The notes under the pieces were generated by a model. That model was not told the origin of the DNA. It saw only the letters and a program-made list of their open reading frames with translations, and did not search any database. Positions 19,640-28,095 of a stretch of 64,000 nt of DNA are shown here, in pieces (position 1 is the first letter of the stretch; each line of letters opens with the position of its first letter). The position numbers and the translations under genes are program-made. This stretch comes from an uncultured Thermoanaerobaculia bacterium (lineage in GTDB: Bacteria; Acidobacteriota; Thermoanaerobaculia; Multivoradales; JAGPDF01), in contig CAZQTL010000002.1 of assembly GCA_964595975.1 (NCBI GenBank), positions 362-64,361 of the forward strand, given 5' to 3'.

Positions 19640-20068
19640 TCAGACGAGCCGGGCGTTGAGAACGATCTCGATGTTCGACGACAGTGCCTTCGAGATGATG
19701 CAGTTGGCCTTGGCGCCTTCGGCCTGCTGGGCGAAGGTCGCGGCGTCGATCCCCGGAACTTCCGCCTCGCAGTCGAGCTCGATGCGGGTGATGGCCAGTC
19801 CGGCTTCGTTCTTGAGCAACTGGACACGCGCCTCGCTCGCCACGCGCTTGGGCGAGAAGCCCGCCCGGCCGAGGCCCGCGGCGAGCGCCATCGCGAAGCA
19901 ACCGGCGTGCGCCGCGCCCAGCAGCTCCTCGGGGTTGGTTCCGGTGCCCTCTTCGAAGCGCGACGAGAAGGAGTAGCGCCCCTCGAACGCGCCGCTGCCC
20001 AACTTGATCGATCCGTTGCCGTCCTGCAGTCCGCCGTTCCAGACGGCGTTCGCCTTGCGAATGGCCAT
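19640..20068 (-). CDS. OsmC/Ohr family peroxiredoxin
   Basis: 142 aa. Two conserved Cys regions (AHAGCFAMAL and EGAKANCIISKAL) typical of OsmC-family hydroperoxidases. Confidence 0.8.
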   Translation of the reverse strand: MAIRKANAVWNGGLQDGNGSIKLGSGAFEGRYSFSSRFEEGTGTNPEELLGAAHAGCFAMALAAGLGRAGFSPKRVASEARVQLLKNEAGLAITRIELDCEAEVPGIDAATFAQQAEGAKANCIISKALSSNIEIVLNARLV

Positions 20069-20081
20069 GTTCTTTCCTCTC

Positions 20082-20603
20082 TCAGAAGCCGACGCGAACC
20101 GTCGCGCCGAAGGTAATGGTATCGGAGTCGTAGTCGTCCAGGTCCTTCCACTCGAGGAAGCGGTAGTCGGCGTTGATGTCGAGATGCAGCTTCGGCAGCA
20201 GCAGGAAGTCGACCCCGGCCTTGGCGATGTAGAACGGATCGGACCAGCTGCCGTGGGCGAAGTCGGAGTAGGTCACGCCGACGCCGAGACCACCGTAGAT
20301 CCCGCGTCCGGCGAGAACGTAGACCTGCGGCGAGATCGCCCAATCGTGCGAGCCCTGGAAGCCCTTGTCGAAGTACTCGGCCGCAGCCTCGAAGCGCAGG
20401 AAGCCGGCGAGGTACTGGTAGGAGACCACCTCGGAGAGGCCGTCGTCCTGGACCTCGAAGTCCGGGAAGTCGTCATCCAGGCGGTCGAGGCTCTGCCAGT
20501 AATGCAGCCCGCCACCGATACGGTGCTCCCCCGCCGCGGCGGGCGCCTCCAGTCCGGCCGCGAGCACGGCCAGCACGCAGGTCCAACGCAAGATTCTCTT
20601 CAT
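20082..20603 (-). CDS. small outer-membrane beta-barrel protein
   Basis: 173 aa from MKRILRWTCVLAVLAAGLEAPAAAG (signal peptide). Alternating aromatic/hydrophobic beta-strand pattern. C-terminal ...ATVRVGF ends in Phe, typical of OMPs. Confidence 0.55.
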   Translation of the reverse strand: MKRILRWTCVLAVLAAGLEAPAAAGEHRIGGGLHYWQSLDRLDDDFPDFEVQDDGLSEVVSYQYLAGFLRFEAAAEYFDKGFQGSHDWAISPQVYVLAGRGIYGGLGVGVTYSDFAHGSWSDPFYIAKAGVDFLLLPKLHLDINADYRFLEWKDLDDYDSDTITFGATVRVGF

Positions 20604-20719
20604 CGCTCTTCGGTCCTTTCCGGTTCGATGGCAGTGGACCGCAGCGTCCTGCCTGCGGCCGGGCGAGACTACCAACAAGCGGCCTGCCCGGGTTGTGCCC
20701 TCTGCCGCAGCGCCCCGCC

Positions 20720-23700
20720 TCACTCCGCGCCACTCTCCCGTCCGGCGTAGCGGCGCCGCAGGCGCAGCAGGCCGCCGTCGCGAGTCCGATCGAAGGCGGC
20801 GAAGGCGCCGAAGTACGGACTCGAGCCGGCCGCTTCGCCGTTGATCTGCTCGACGTCGAGGCTGCGCTCCGGGGCGACCGCGCGAGTCAGGGCGGCACGC
20901 AGCGGTGCGAGGAGCTCCGGCAGTCCGGGATCGTCCGGCGGCAGGGCGAAACGGATCTCGCGTCCGCCGCGGGCGAAGACGGCCGCCAGGCGACTCCCCC
21001 GGTAGGCGAGTCGCGTCGCGGCGGCGCGCCGCGGCAGACTGCCCTGCAGCCCGGGCAGCTCGAGCCCGCAGGGCGAGACCGGATCGAGCGCCGAACACCA
21101 CCAGACGGCGCCGCCGGGCAGACCGTCGCGCAACCGTCGCAGCGCTCCCGGCAGCGCGAACTGCGCCCCCGGAAGATCGTCGAAGAACCGTCCGGCGACA
21201 ACCTCGCCCGAAAGCTCCAGGCCGCGCAGCGCGCGCGCCACCCGGCTCCAGGAGAGCGCCGGCAGCTCGGCCGCCAGCAGCTCGCGAAAGAGCACCCCGT
21301 AGCGGTCGAGCAGGAGTCGCGCCCGTTCTCGGCTGCGCTCCTCCTCGACGAACGGATCGACCGGGGCGCCGGGGTCGTGACGAGGCGCGGAGAGCGTCCG
21401 CCAGCGCCCGGCGAGCGGCTGGCTCCCCTGCCAGCGCCGGAACAGCCCACGCCGGCTGGTGCGCCCGCCCGCTGCCGTCCCGGCGGGCGCCTCCTGGCCC
21501 GGCGCCTCGACGCGGAATCCGTTCTGCATCGCCTGCCGCAGGACCCGCAGCGAGCTGCAGGTCACGACGCCCCGCCAGGCGAGGCTCCACAGCGCTTCGG
21601 TGACGCCGGAGAGCGGGAGACCGGTCCGCTCGGCGATCTCGCTGACCTCGCAGCCGCGCGGGGACTGCATCAACAGGTCGTGCACGGTGCGCGCCGTTGG
21701 ATCGAGGCCGGTCCAGTCGGCCTCGCTCGGCGGTGACTGGAAGAGATCGAGGTCGGGCCGGAAAGCGTAGGCGATCCGCTCCCTGCCGGTGCCGAACCAG
21801 ACGAGCTCGCTCGCCTCGACGAGGCCGTCGAGCCACGCCGGAAAGTACGGTTCGAGCCGGGCCGGAAGGAGGTCGGTCTCCCACAGCGCGGCCGGGGCCG
21901 GATAGCCAAAGAGTCGTTCGAGCGCCGACTGCAGACCCTCCCCGCCGCTGCCGCGCTCGGTAAGCCCCTGCCAGGTGGCGAGGAAGAGCGGCAGCTCCGC
22001 GAGCGGCAGCGGCGAGAACGTCGGGCGCGCCGCCGTGCGCCGCCAGCGCAGCAGGGTCTCGACGATACCGACGGTCGCCACCTGCCGCTCGGCACTCCCG
22101 CCCGGAGACTCGAGCAGCTCCCCGACGATCACCCGCTCGGCGGCGGCGAGCGGAGCCAGCCGGGCCTCGGTTTCGGCGAGCGTCAGCCCCCACGCCGCGG
22201 CGACCCGTTCGATCGGGAGCGGCGGCTGGTAGCGCAGCCACTCTTCGAGCAGCGGCGTCAGGTTCTCGGGGTCGCGGCGCGCGCCGGCCAGCCGCGGCAG
22301 GTTCTCGCGCGCGACCATCGTCTCGCCGCCGTCCCCGGCGAACGCGAGCGTCGCGAGCTTCTCGCCGGCACCGAGCTCGGCGAGCATCTCCGCCACGCCC
22401 CCCGGGCGATCGCGCTCGATCGCCGCCAGCAGCTCCTGCCACTCGGCCGGCGGCAGCAGCAGCCTCTCTTTCGCCCATTCGAGCAGCTCGGTCGCGCTCT
22501 GCGGTGCGTAGCCGGGAACGAGGCGCTGCAGCTTCCGCCGCAGCTCTTCCGCCAGCCGCGCTGGGATGCGCGGGCGCTCCCCGCCGAGCGCCACCTCGCG
22601 CAGCAGATCGCCGCGCAGGGCGCTGCCCCGCCGCGCCCCGGGGACGTCGTCCTCGTACATGAGCTCGTTCGTGCGGCGCCAGACCAGCCCGGCGGCGAGC
22701 GGCGACGGGCGGTCGCTGCTCACGCTGCGGACCTCGATCTCGCCGCGCTCGACTTCCTCGAGCCGCCGGCGCAGCGACTCGAGGTCGAATTCGTCGTGCA
22801 GCGAGCTGCGCCAGGTTTCGAGGGTGACCGGGAAGTCGTCGTAGCGCGCCACGGCCTCGAGAAGCTTCTTGGCGTTCTCCCGCGATACCCACAGCGGCGT
22901 GCGGCGGCGCGGGCCGGCTCGCGGCAGGAGCAGCGCCCGCTGCGCATTCTGCCGGAACTGGGCGCCGAAGAACCCCGAGGACTCGAGGCGCGCGCGCAGC
23001 AGACTCTCCAGGCGTTCGGGCGTCACCCGCGCGAAGAGGGATCGCGCGTCCGCGCCCGGCGGCAGCACGAGCAGCACGGCGTCGTCGTCGGCGAGCGTTT
23101 CGATCGAAGATCCTTCGCCCTCCTCCCAGGCTGCGGCGAGCGCCAGCGCGAGCGGCCGATTGAGCGTTCCGCCCCAGAAGGTGTAGATCACCACCTGGCG
23201 CCGCCCGTCCTCCGCATTCGCCGGACCGCCGGAGCCGGTCTCGCGACTCTCCTCGAAGATCAGCCGATGGCGGTGCGGCAGGGCGCCACCCAGCGCTCCC
23301 CGGGCCTCGCGCAACAGGCGGACGAGCTCACCCGCGGCGGCGGCGTCGAGGGCGTACTCCCGCGCCAGAGCGGCGGCGAACTGCGGCAGCTCGAGCTCGG
23401 CGTCGGCGCGCTCGAGCAGGTGGCCAATGCGCTCCGAGAAGAGCGCGCCGCGATCACGTGCATCCGCCCGCCAGAAAGGCGCCAGCATCGCGCCGCCGCG
23501 CGCCGGAGCGACGAAGACCTCGTTCGAGGTGATGCGATGGATCCGCCAGGACTGCGTCCCGAGCAGGAAAGTGTCGCCGAGCGAACGCTCCCACACGAAC
23601 TCCTCGTCGAGCTCGCCGAGGCGGGCGTTGGACTCTTCGATGCGCAGCTGAAAGTAGCCGCGGTCGGGGATCGTCCCGCCCGACTGGGCGACCAGGCGAG

Positions 23701-25186
23701 CCGCTCCCGGCCGCGCCGCGACGCTGCCATCCAGACGATCGAAGGCGATGCGCGGCCGGAGCTCGGCGATGCGGGCGTCGGCGTAGCGGCCGGCGAGCAT
23801 CTCGATCACCAGGTCGAACTGACGGCGCGTGAGGTCGTGGTAAGGCTCGCTGGTGCGCAGGAAGGCGTAGAGCTCGTCGGCCCGCCAGCTCTCGTGCGCC
23901 ACCATGCCGACGATCCACTGCGCCAGCAGGTCGAGCGGAGCCCGCACCGGCTGGATCGGCTCGATCTCGCCGTCGAGGACCGCGCGGGCGGCCACGGCGC
24001 ACTCGAGAAAGTCGCGCGCATGCGTCGGATAGAGCCGCGCCCGGCTGATCGCCCCGACCGCATGGCCGGCGCGGCCGATCCGCTGCGCCGCCGAAGCCAG
24101 AGAGCGCGGCGCCTGCACCAGCAGAACCTGGTCGAGCGCGCCGATGTCGATGCCGAGCTCGAGCGAGCTCGTCGCCACGAGCGCCGGCAGGTCGCCGGCC
24201 TTGAGCCGCTGCTCGATCGCCCCCCGCAGCTCGCGCGACAGCGAGCCGTGATGCGACCAGGCGATCTCGCGCGGTCCGCCGTCGTTGATCATCCGGGTGA
24301 TCTTCTCGGCGAGCCGCCGGCTGTTGGTGAACACCAGCGTCGAACGCGCCTCGCCGATGCGCTCGCGAAGCTCGCCGGCGAGCGCCGCCCACTGAATGTC
24401 GCCCGAGCGCTGCTCCGCCGGAAGAGCGGCGAGTGGCGGCGGGAATCGCACCGCGACGTCGTAGCTCTTGGGTTGGCGCGACTCGACGATCGTCATCGCG
24501 CGGCGCACGTAGAGCGCCTGGTCACCGGCGCCTCGCTCCATGCGATAGCCCCCCGCCCAGGCGGCGATGCGTTCGAGAGGCCGCACTGTCGCCGAAAGGG
24601 CGATGCGCTGAAATTCGCCGGCGAAGAGGACCAGCCGGTCGACGGCGGTGATGAGATGCGTCCCCCGCTTCGTCGCCGCGACGGCGTGGATCTCGTCGAG
24701 AATGACCGTTCGCAGGCCGGCGAAGAGCGCCGGGCCGGCTTTGGAGTGCACCAGCAGATTGAGGCTCTCCGGCGTGGTGATCAGGATCTCCGGCCGCTGA
24801 CGGACGATCCTCTGGCGCTCTGCCGGCAGCGTGTCGCCGCTCCGTGTCGCCACGCGGATGCGCGGCAGGTCTCCCCCCGCGGCGGCGAATGCGGCGGCGA
24901 TGCCCGCCAACGGCTCCGCCAGGTTGCGCTCGATGTCGGAATTCAGCGCCTTGAGCGGCGAGACGTAGAGCACTCGCGTCGTCCCGTCCTCCCAGGCGCC
25001 GGTCGCGAGCTGCTGCAGTGCCCAGAGGAATGCGGTCAGCGTCTTGCCGCTGCCGGTCGGGGCGGTGAGCAGGACGTGGCGGCCGTCGGCGATCGGACCC
25101 CAGGCCAGCCGCTGGACCTCGGTCGGCGCGCCGAAGCGCTGCTCGAACCAGCCGCGGATCCGGGGATCGAAACGCTCCAGGCTCAC
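20720..25186 (-). CDS. lhr: ATP-dependent DEAD/DEAH-box helicase Lhr (large helicase-related protein)
   Basis: Helicase motif I LTAPTGSGKT, motif Ia, motif II LDEIH, HELICc motifs and a long Lhr-type C-terminal extension. Start proposed at GTG 25186 (MSLERFDPRIRGWFEQRFGAPTEVQ), because the ATG-initiated track ORF would run through the SDR gene on the other strand. Confidence 0.8.
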   Translation of the reverse strand: MSLERFDPRIRGWFEQRFGAPTEVQRLAWGPIADGRHVLLTAPTGSGKTLTAFLWALQQLATGAWEDGTTRVLYVSPLKALNSDIERNLAEPLAGIAAAFAAAGGDLPRIRVATRSGDTLPAERQRIVRQRPEILITTPESLNLLVHSKAGPALFAGLRTVILDEIHAVAATKRGTHLITAVDRLVLFAGEFQRIALSATVRPLERIAAWAGGYRMERGAGDQALYVRRAMTIVESRQPKSYDVAVRFPPPLAALPAEQRSGDIQWAALAGELRERIGEARSTLVFTNSRRLAEKITRMINDGGPREIAWSHHGSLSRELRGAIEQRLKAGDLPALVATSSLELGIDIGALDQVLLVQAPRSLASAAQRIGRAGHAVGAISRARLYPTHARDFLECAVAARAVLDGEIEPIQPVRAPLDLLAQWIVGMVAHESWRADELYAFLRTSEPYHDLTRRQFDLVIEMLAGRYADARIAELRPRIAFDRLDGSVAARPGAARLVAQSGGTIPDRGYFQLRIEESNARLGELDEEFVWERSLGDTFLLGTQSWRIHRITSNEVFVAPARGGAMLAPFWRADARDRGALFSERIGHLLERADAELELPQFAAALAREYALDAAAAGELVRLLREARGALGGALPHRHRLIFEESRETGSGGPANAEDGRRQVVIYTFWGGTLNRPLALALAAAWEEGEGSSIETLADDDAVLLVLPPGADARSLFARVTPERLESLLRARLESSGFFGAQFRQNAQRALLLPRAGPRRRTPLWVSRENAKKLLEAVARYDDFPVTLETWRSSLHDEFDLESLRRRLEEVERGEIEVRSVSSDRPSPLAAGLVWRRTNELMYEDDVPGARRGSALRGDLLREVALGGERPRIPARLAEELRRKLQRLVPGYAPQSATELLEWAKERLLLPPAEWQELLAAIERDRPGGVAEMLAELGAGEKLATLAFAGDGGETMVARENLPRLAGARRDPENLTPLLEEWLRYQPPLPIERVAAAWGLTLAETEARLAPLAAAERVIVGELLESPGGSAERQVATVGIVETLLRWRRTAARPTFSPLPLAELPLFLATWQGLTERGSGGEGLQSALERLFGYPAPAALWETDLLPARLEPYFPAWLDGLVEASELVWFGTGRERIAYAFRPDLDLFQSPPSEADWTGLDPTARTVHDLLMQSPRGCEVSEIAERTGLPLSGVTEALWSLAWRGVVTCSSLRVLRQAMQNGFRVEAPGQEAPAGTAAGGRTSRRGLFRRWQGSQPLAGRWRTLSAPRHDPGAPVDPFVEEERSRERARLLLDRYGVLFRELLAAELPALSWSRVARALRGLELSGEVVAGRFFDDLPGAQFALPGALRRLRDGLPGGAVWWCSALDPVSPCGLELPGLQGSLPRRAAATRLAYRGSRLAAVFARGGREIRFALPPDDPGLPELLAPLRAALTRAVAPERSLDVEQINGEAAGSSPYFGAFAAFDRTRDGGLLRLRRRYAGRESGAE

Positions 25187-25276
25187 GCCGCGAAGCTTAG
25201 CCGACCGCGCGCCGGGGGACGGGGCCGTTCCGGCAGTAAGATTGGCCAAGGGGAGAGCCCCGGGAAGGATGTTGCC

Positions 25277-26095
25277 ATGAACACTCTCGCAGGAAAGACC
25301 CTCTTGATCACCGGCGCTTCGCGCGGCATCGGACTCGCCATCGGCCTGCGCGCGGCCCGCGACGGCGCCAACGTCGCCATCCTCGCCAAGACCACCGAGC
25401 CGCATCCGCGCCTGCCGGGGACGATCTACACCGCGGCCGAAGAGATCGAGGCCGCCGGCGGGAAGGCGCTCCCCATCGCCTGCGACATCCGCGAGGAGAC
25501 TCAGGTCAAGGCCGCCGTCGAGTCCGTGCGGGCGCGTTTCGGCGGCATCGACATCCTGGTCAACAACGCCTCCGCCATCAGCCTGACGCCGACCCTGGAC
25601 ACGCCGATGAAGCGCTTCGACCTCATGTTCTCGGTGAACGTCAGGGGCACGTTCCTGTGCTCCCAGGCCTGCCTGCCGGAGCTCAAGCGCGCGGCCAATC
25701 CGCACATCCTCAATCTCTCGCCGCCGCTCAACATGGACAAGAAGTGGTTCGCCGGCCACGTCGCCTACACCATGGCCAAGTACGGCATGAGCATGTGCGT
25801 CCTCGGCATGGCCGAGGAGCTGAAGCCCGACGGCGTCGCGGTCAACGCCCTGTGGCCGCGCACGGCGATCGACACCGCCGCGCTGGCCATGCTCGGCGGA
25901 TTCGTCTCGGCAGCTAACAGCCGCAAACCGGAGATCCTCGCCGACGCCGCCCACTGGATCCTCACCCAGCCGGCGCGCGAGTGCAGCGGCAACTTCTTCA
26001 TCGACGACGAAGTGCTGGCGCGCGCCGGCGTCACCGATCTCGACCGCTACGCCGTGGACCCGACGCAGCCTCTGATCGCGGACTTCTTCCTGTGA
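25277..26095 (+). CDS. SDR-family oxidoreductase
   Basis: TGASRGIG Rossmann motif, NNAS and the YxxxK catalytic dyad (YTMAKYG). GGAAGGA Shine-Dalgarno lies upstream of the ATG. Confidence 0.85.
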   Translation: MNTLAGKTLLITGASRGIGLAIGLRAARDGANVAILAKTTEPHPRLPGTIYTAAEEIEAAGGKALPIACDIREETQVKAAVESVRARFGGIDILVNNASAISLTPTLDTPMKRFDLMFSVNVRGTFLCSQACLPELKRAANPHILNLSPPLNMDKKWFAGHVAYTMAKYGMSMCVLGMAEELKPDGVAVNALWPRTAIDTAALAMLGGFVSAANSRKPEILADAAHWILTQPARECSGNFFIDDEVLARAGVTDLDRYAVDPTQPLIADFFL

Positions 26096-28089
26096 GAGTC
26101 GCATCGGCCTGTCCGCTCGACTGCCCGGACGCCTGCAGCCTCGAAGTCACGGTCGAGAACGGCCGCGTCACCAAGCTCGACGGCGCCCGCGACCGCAACC
26201 CCGTCACCGAGGGCTACATCTGCGCCAAGGTGCGGAAGTTTCCGGAGCAGCTCTACGGCAAGGAGCGCATCCTCGAGCCGATGTTGCGCGTCGGCCAGAA
26301 GGGGGAGGGCGTCTTCGAGCCGCTCTCCTGGCAGCAGGCGCTGTCGCTCGCCGCCAAGCGCCTGGTCGAGACCCGCGACCGCTACGGCGGCGAAGCGATC
26401 TTGCCCTACTGCTACGGCGGCTCGAACGGCTACCTGTCGCAGGACACCACCGACGCCCTGCTCTTCCATCGTCTCGGCGCCTCCCGGCTGGCGCGCACGG
26501 TCTGCGCCGCGGCGACGGGACGAGCGGCGATGGGGCTATACGGCAAGATGGAAGGCGTCGCCATCTCCGACTACCCGTCGGCCAGGCTCGTCGTCGTCTG
26601 GGGAGCGAATCCGAGCTCGTCCGGCATTCACCTGGTGCCGCCGATCCAGGCGGCCTGCGACGCCGGCGCGAAGCTCGTCGTCATCGATCCCCGCGCCACG
26701 CCGATCGCCAAGCAGGCCCACCTCCACCTGGCGATCCGGCCAGGCACCGACCTCGCCGTCGCGCTGGCGGTGATCCGCGAGCTGTTCGCCACCGGGCGCG
26801 CGGACCGCGAGTTCCTCGACCGCCACGCCGCCCGCGCCGACGAGCTCGAGCGCCGGTCTGCCCCCTGGACCCTGGCGCGCGCCGCCGGAGTCGCCGGTAT
26901 TCCGCTCGCCGACCTGGAGCGCTTCGTCGAGCTCTATGCCGCCCTCTCGCCGGCCGTCGTGCGTTGCGGCTGGGGACTCGAGCGCAATCGCAACGGTGGC
27001 TCGGCGGTGGCTGCCGTGCTCGCCCTGCCCGCCGTCGCCGGCAAGTTTGGCGTGCGCGGCGGCGGCTACACGCTCTCCAACTCCGCCGCCTGGAAGATGA
27101 ACGCGCAGGCGATCTCGGGGCCGGAGGCTCCGACGCGGATCATCAACATGAACCGCCTCGGAGCGACCCTCACGACGACCAAGGAGAGGCCGATTCACCT
27201 GCTTTTCGTCTACAACTCGAACGCCCTGATGACGACGCCCCACCAGACGCTCGTCCGTCGCGGGCTCGAGCGCGAGGACCTCTTCACCATCGTCTTCGAC
27301 CAGGTGCTCACCGACACGGCGCGATACGCCGATCTCGTCCTGCCCGCGACCACGTTTCTCGAGCATCACGAGCTCGCTCGCGGCTACGGCTCCTTCGTGC
27401 TGCAGCAGATCGCTCCGGTCGTTCCAGCGGTCGGCCAGGCGCGCTCGAACTACAGCGTCTTCGCCGATCTCGCCGTGCGCACCGGGGTCGCATCGCCCGA
27501 CGAGATCCCGACCGAAACGCACGCGATCGAGTTGATCCTCGACTCGAGCGGACGCGGCGCCGATCTGCAGGCGGAGCTCGCTGAGAAGGGTTTCGCGCGC
27601 CCCGCCGCGGGAGATCGCCCGGTGCAGTTCGTCGATGTCTTCCCGCGGACCGACGACCGCAAGATCCACCTCGTTCCGGTGGCGCTCGACGCCGAGGCGC
27701 GGGAGGGGCTCTACACCTACCAGGAGGATCCGGCGACCGCGCAGACTCCGCTCGTGCTCATTTCGCCGGCGACCAACCGCACCATCAGCTCGACGCTCGG
27801 CCAGCTCCGCAAGGGTCCGGTCGCCCTCGAAATGCACCCGTCCGACGCCACGGCGCGCGGCCTCGCCGACGGCCAGCGGGTGAAGGTGTCGAATGCCTAC
27901 GGCGAAGTCCTCTGCCGCCTGCGCCTGTCGCACGACCAGCGGCCGGGTGTGGTCGAGCTGCCGAAGGGCCTGTGGGCGCACAACACCGACAACGGCTACA
28001 CCGCCTGCGCGCTGGCGCCCGACACCGTCACCGATCTCGGCGACGGCGCCTGCTTCAACGACGCCCGGGTCGAGGTCACGCCCGCCTGA
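26092..28089 (+). CDS. molybdopterin-dependent oxidoreductase (MopB superfamily, formate dehydrogenase/nitrate reductase-like catalytic subunit)
   Basis: N-terminal 4Fe-4S Cys cluster CPLDCPDACSL. Molybdopterin-binding domain order of MopB enzymes. C-terminal MPT-binding barrel. GTG start overlaps the SDR stop. Confidence 0.7.
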   Translation: MRVASACPLDCPDACSLEVTVENGRVTKLDGARDRNPVTEGYICAKVRKFPEQLYGKERILEPMLRVGQKGEGVFEPLSWQQALSLAAKRLVETRDRYGGEAILPYCYGGSNGYLSQDTTDALLFHRLGASRLARTVCAAATGRAAMGLYGKMEGVAISDYPSARLVVVWGANPSSSGIHLVPPIQAACDAGAKLVVIDPRATPIAKQAHLHLAIRPGTDLAVALAVIRELFATGRADREFLDRHAARADELERRSAPWTLARAAGVAGIPLADLERFVELYAALSPAVVRCGWGLERNRNGGSAVAAVLALPAVAGKFGVRGGGYTLSNSAAWKMNAQAISGPEAPTRIINMNRLGATLTTTKERPIHLLFVYNSNALMTTPHQTLVRRGLEREDLFTIVFDQVLTDTARYADLVLPATTFLEHHELARGYGSFVLQQIAPVVPAVGQARSNYSVFADLAVRTGVASPDEIPTETHAIELILDSSGRGADLQAELAEKGFARPAAGDRPVQFVDVFPRTDDRKIHLVPVALDAEAREGLYTYQEDPATAQTPLVLISPATNRTISSTLGQLRKGPVALEMHPSDATARGLADGQRVKVSNAYGEVLCRLRLSHDQRPGVVELPKGLWAHNTDNGYTACALAPDTVTDLGDGACFNDARVEVTPA

Positions 28090-28095
28090 GCGGGC

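Noticed and set aside
20082-22892. 936-aa minus-strand ORF
   Set aside because: Only the C-terminal 173 aa (outer-membrane beta-barrel protein from ATG 20603) are credible. The upstream part overlaps the Lhr helicase gene in another frame and is Arg/Ala-rich noise.
22796-26095. 1099-aa plus-strand ORF
   Set aside because: Only the last 272 codons (SDR oxidoreductase from ATG 25277) have protein-like composition and motifs. The rest is antisense to lhr.
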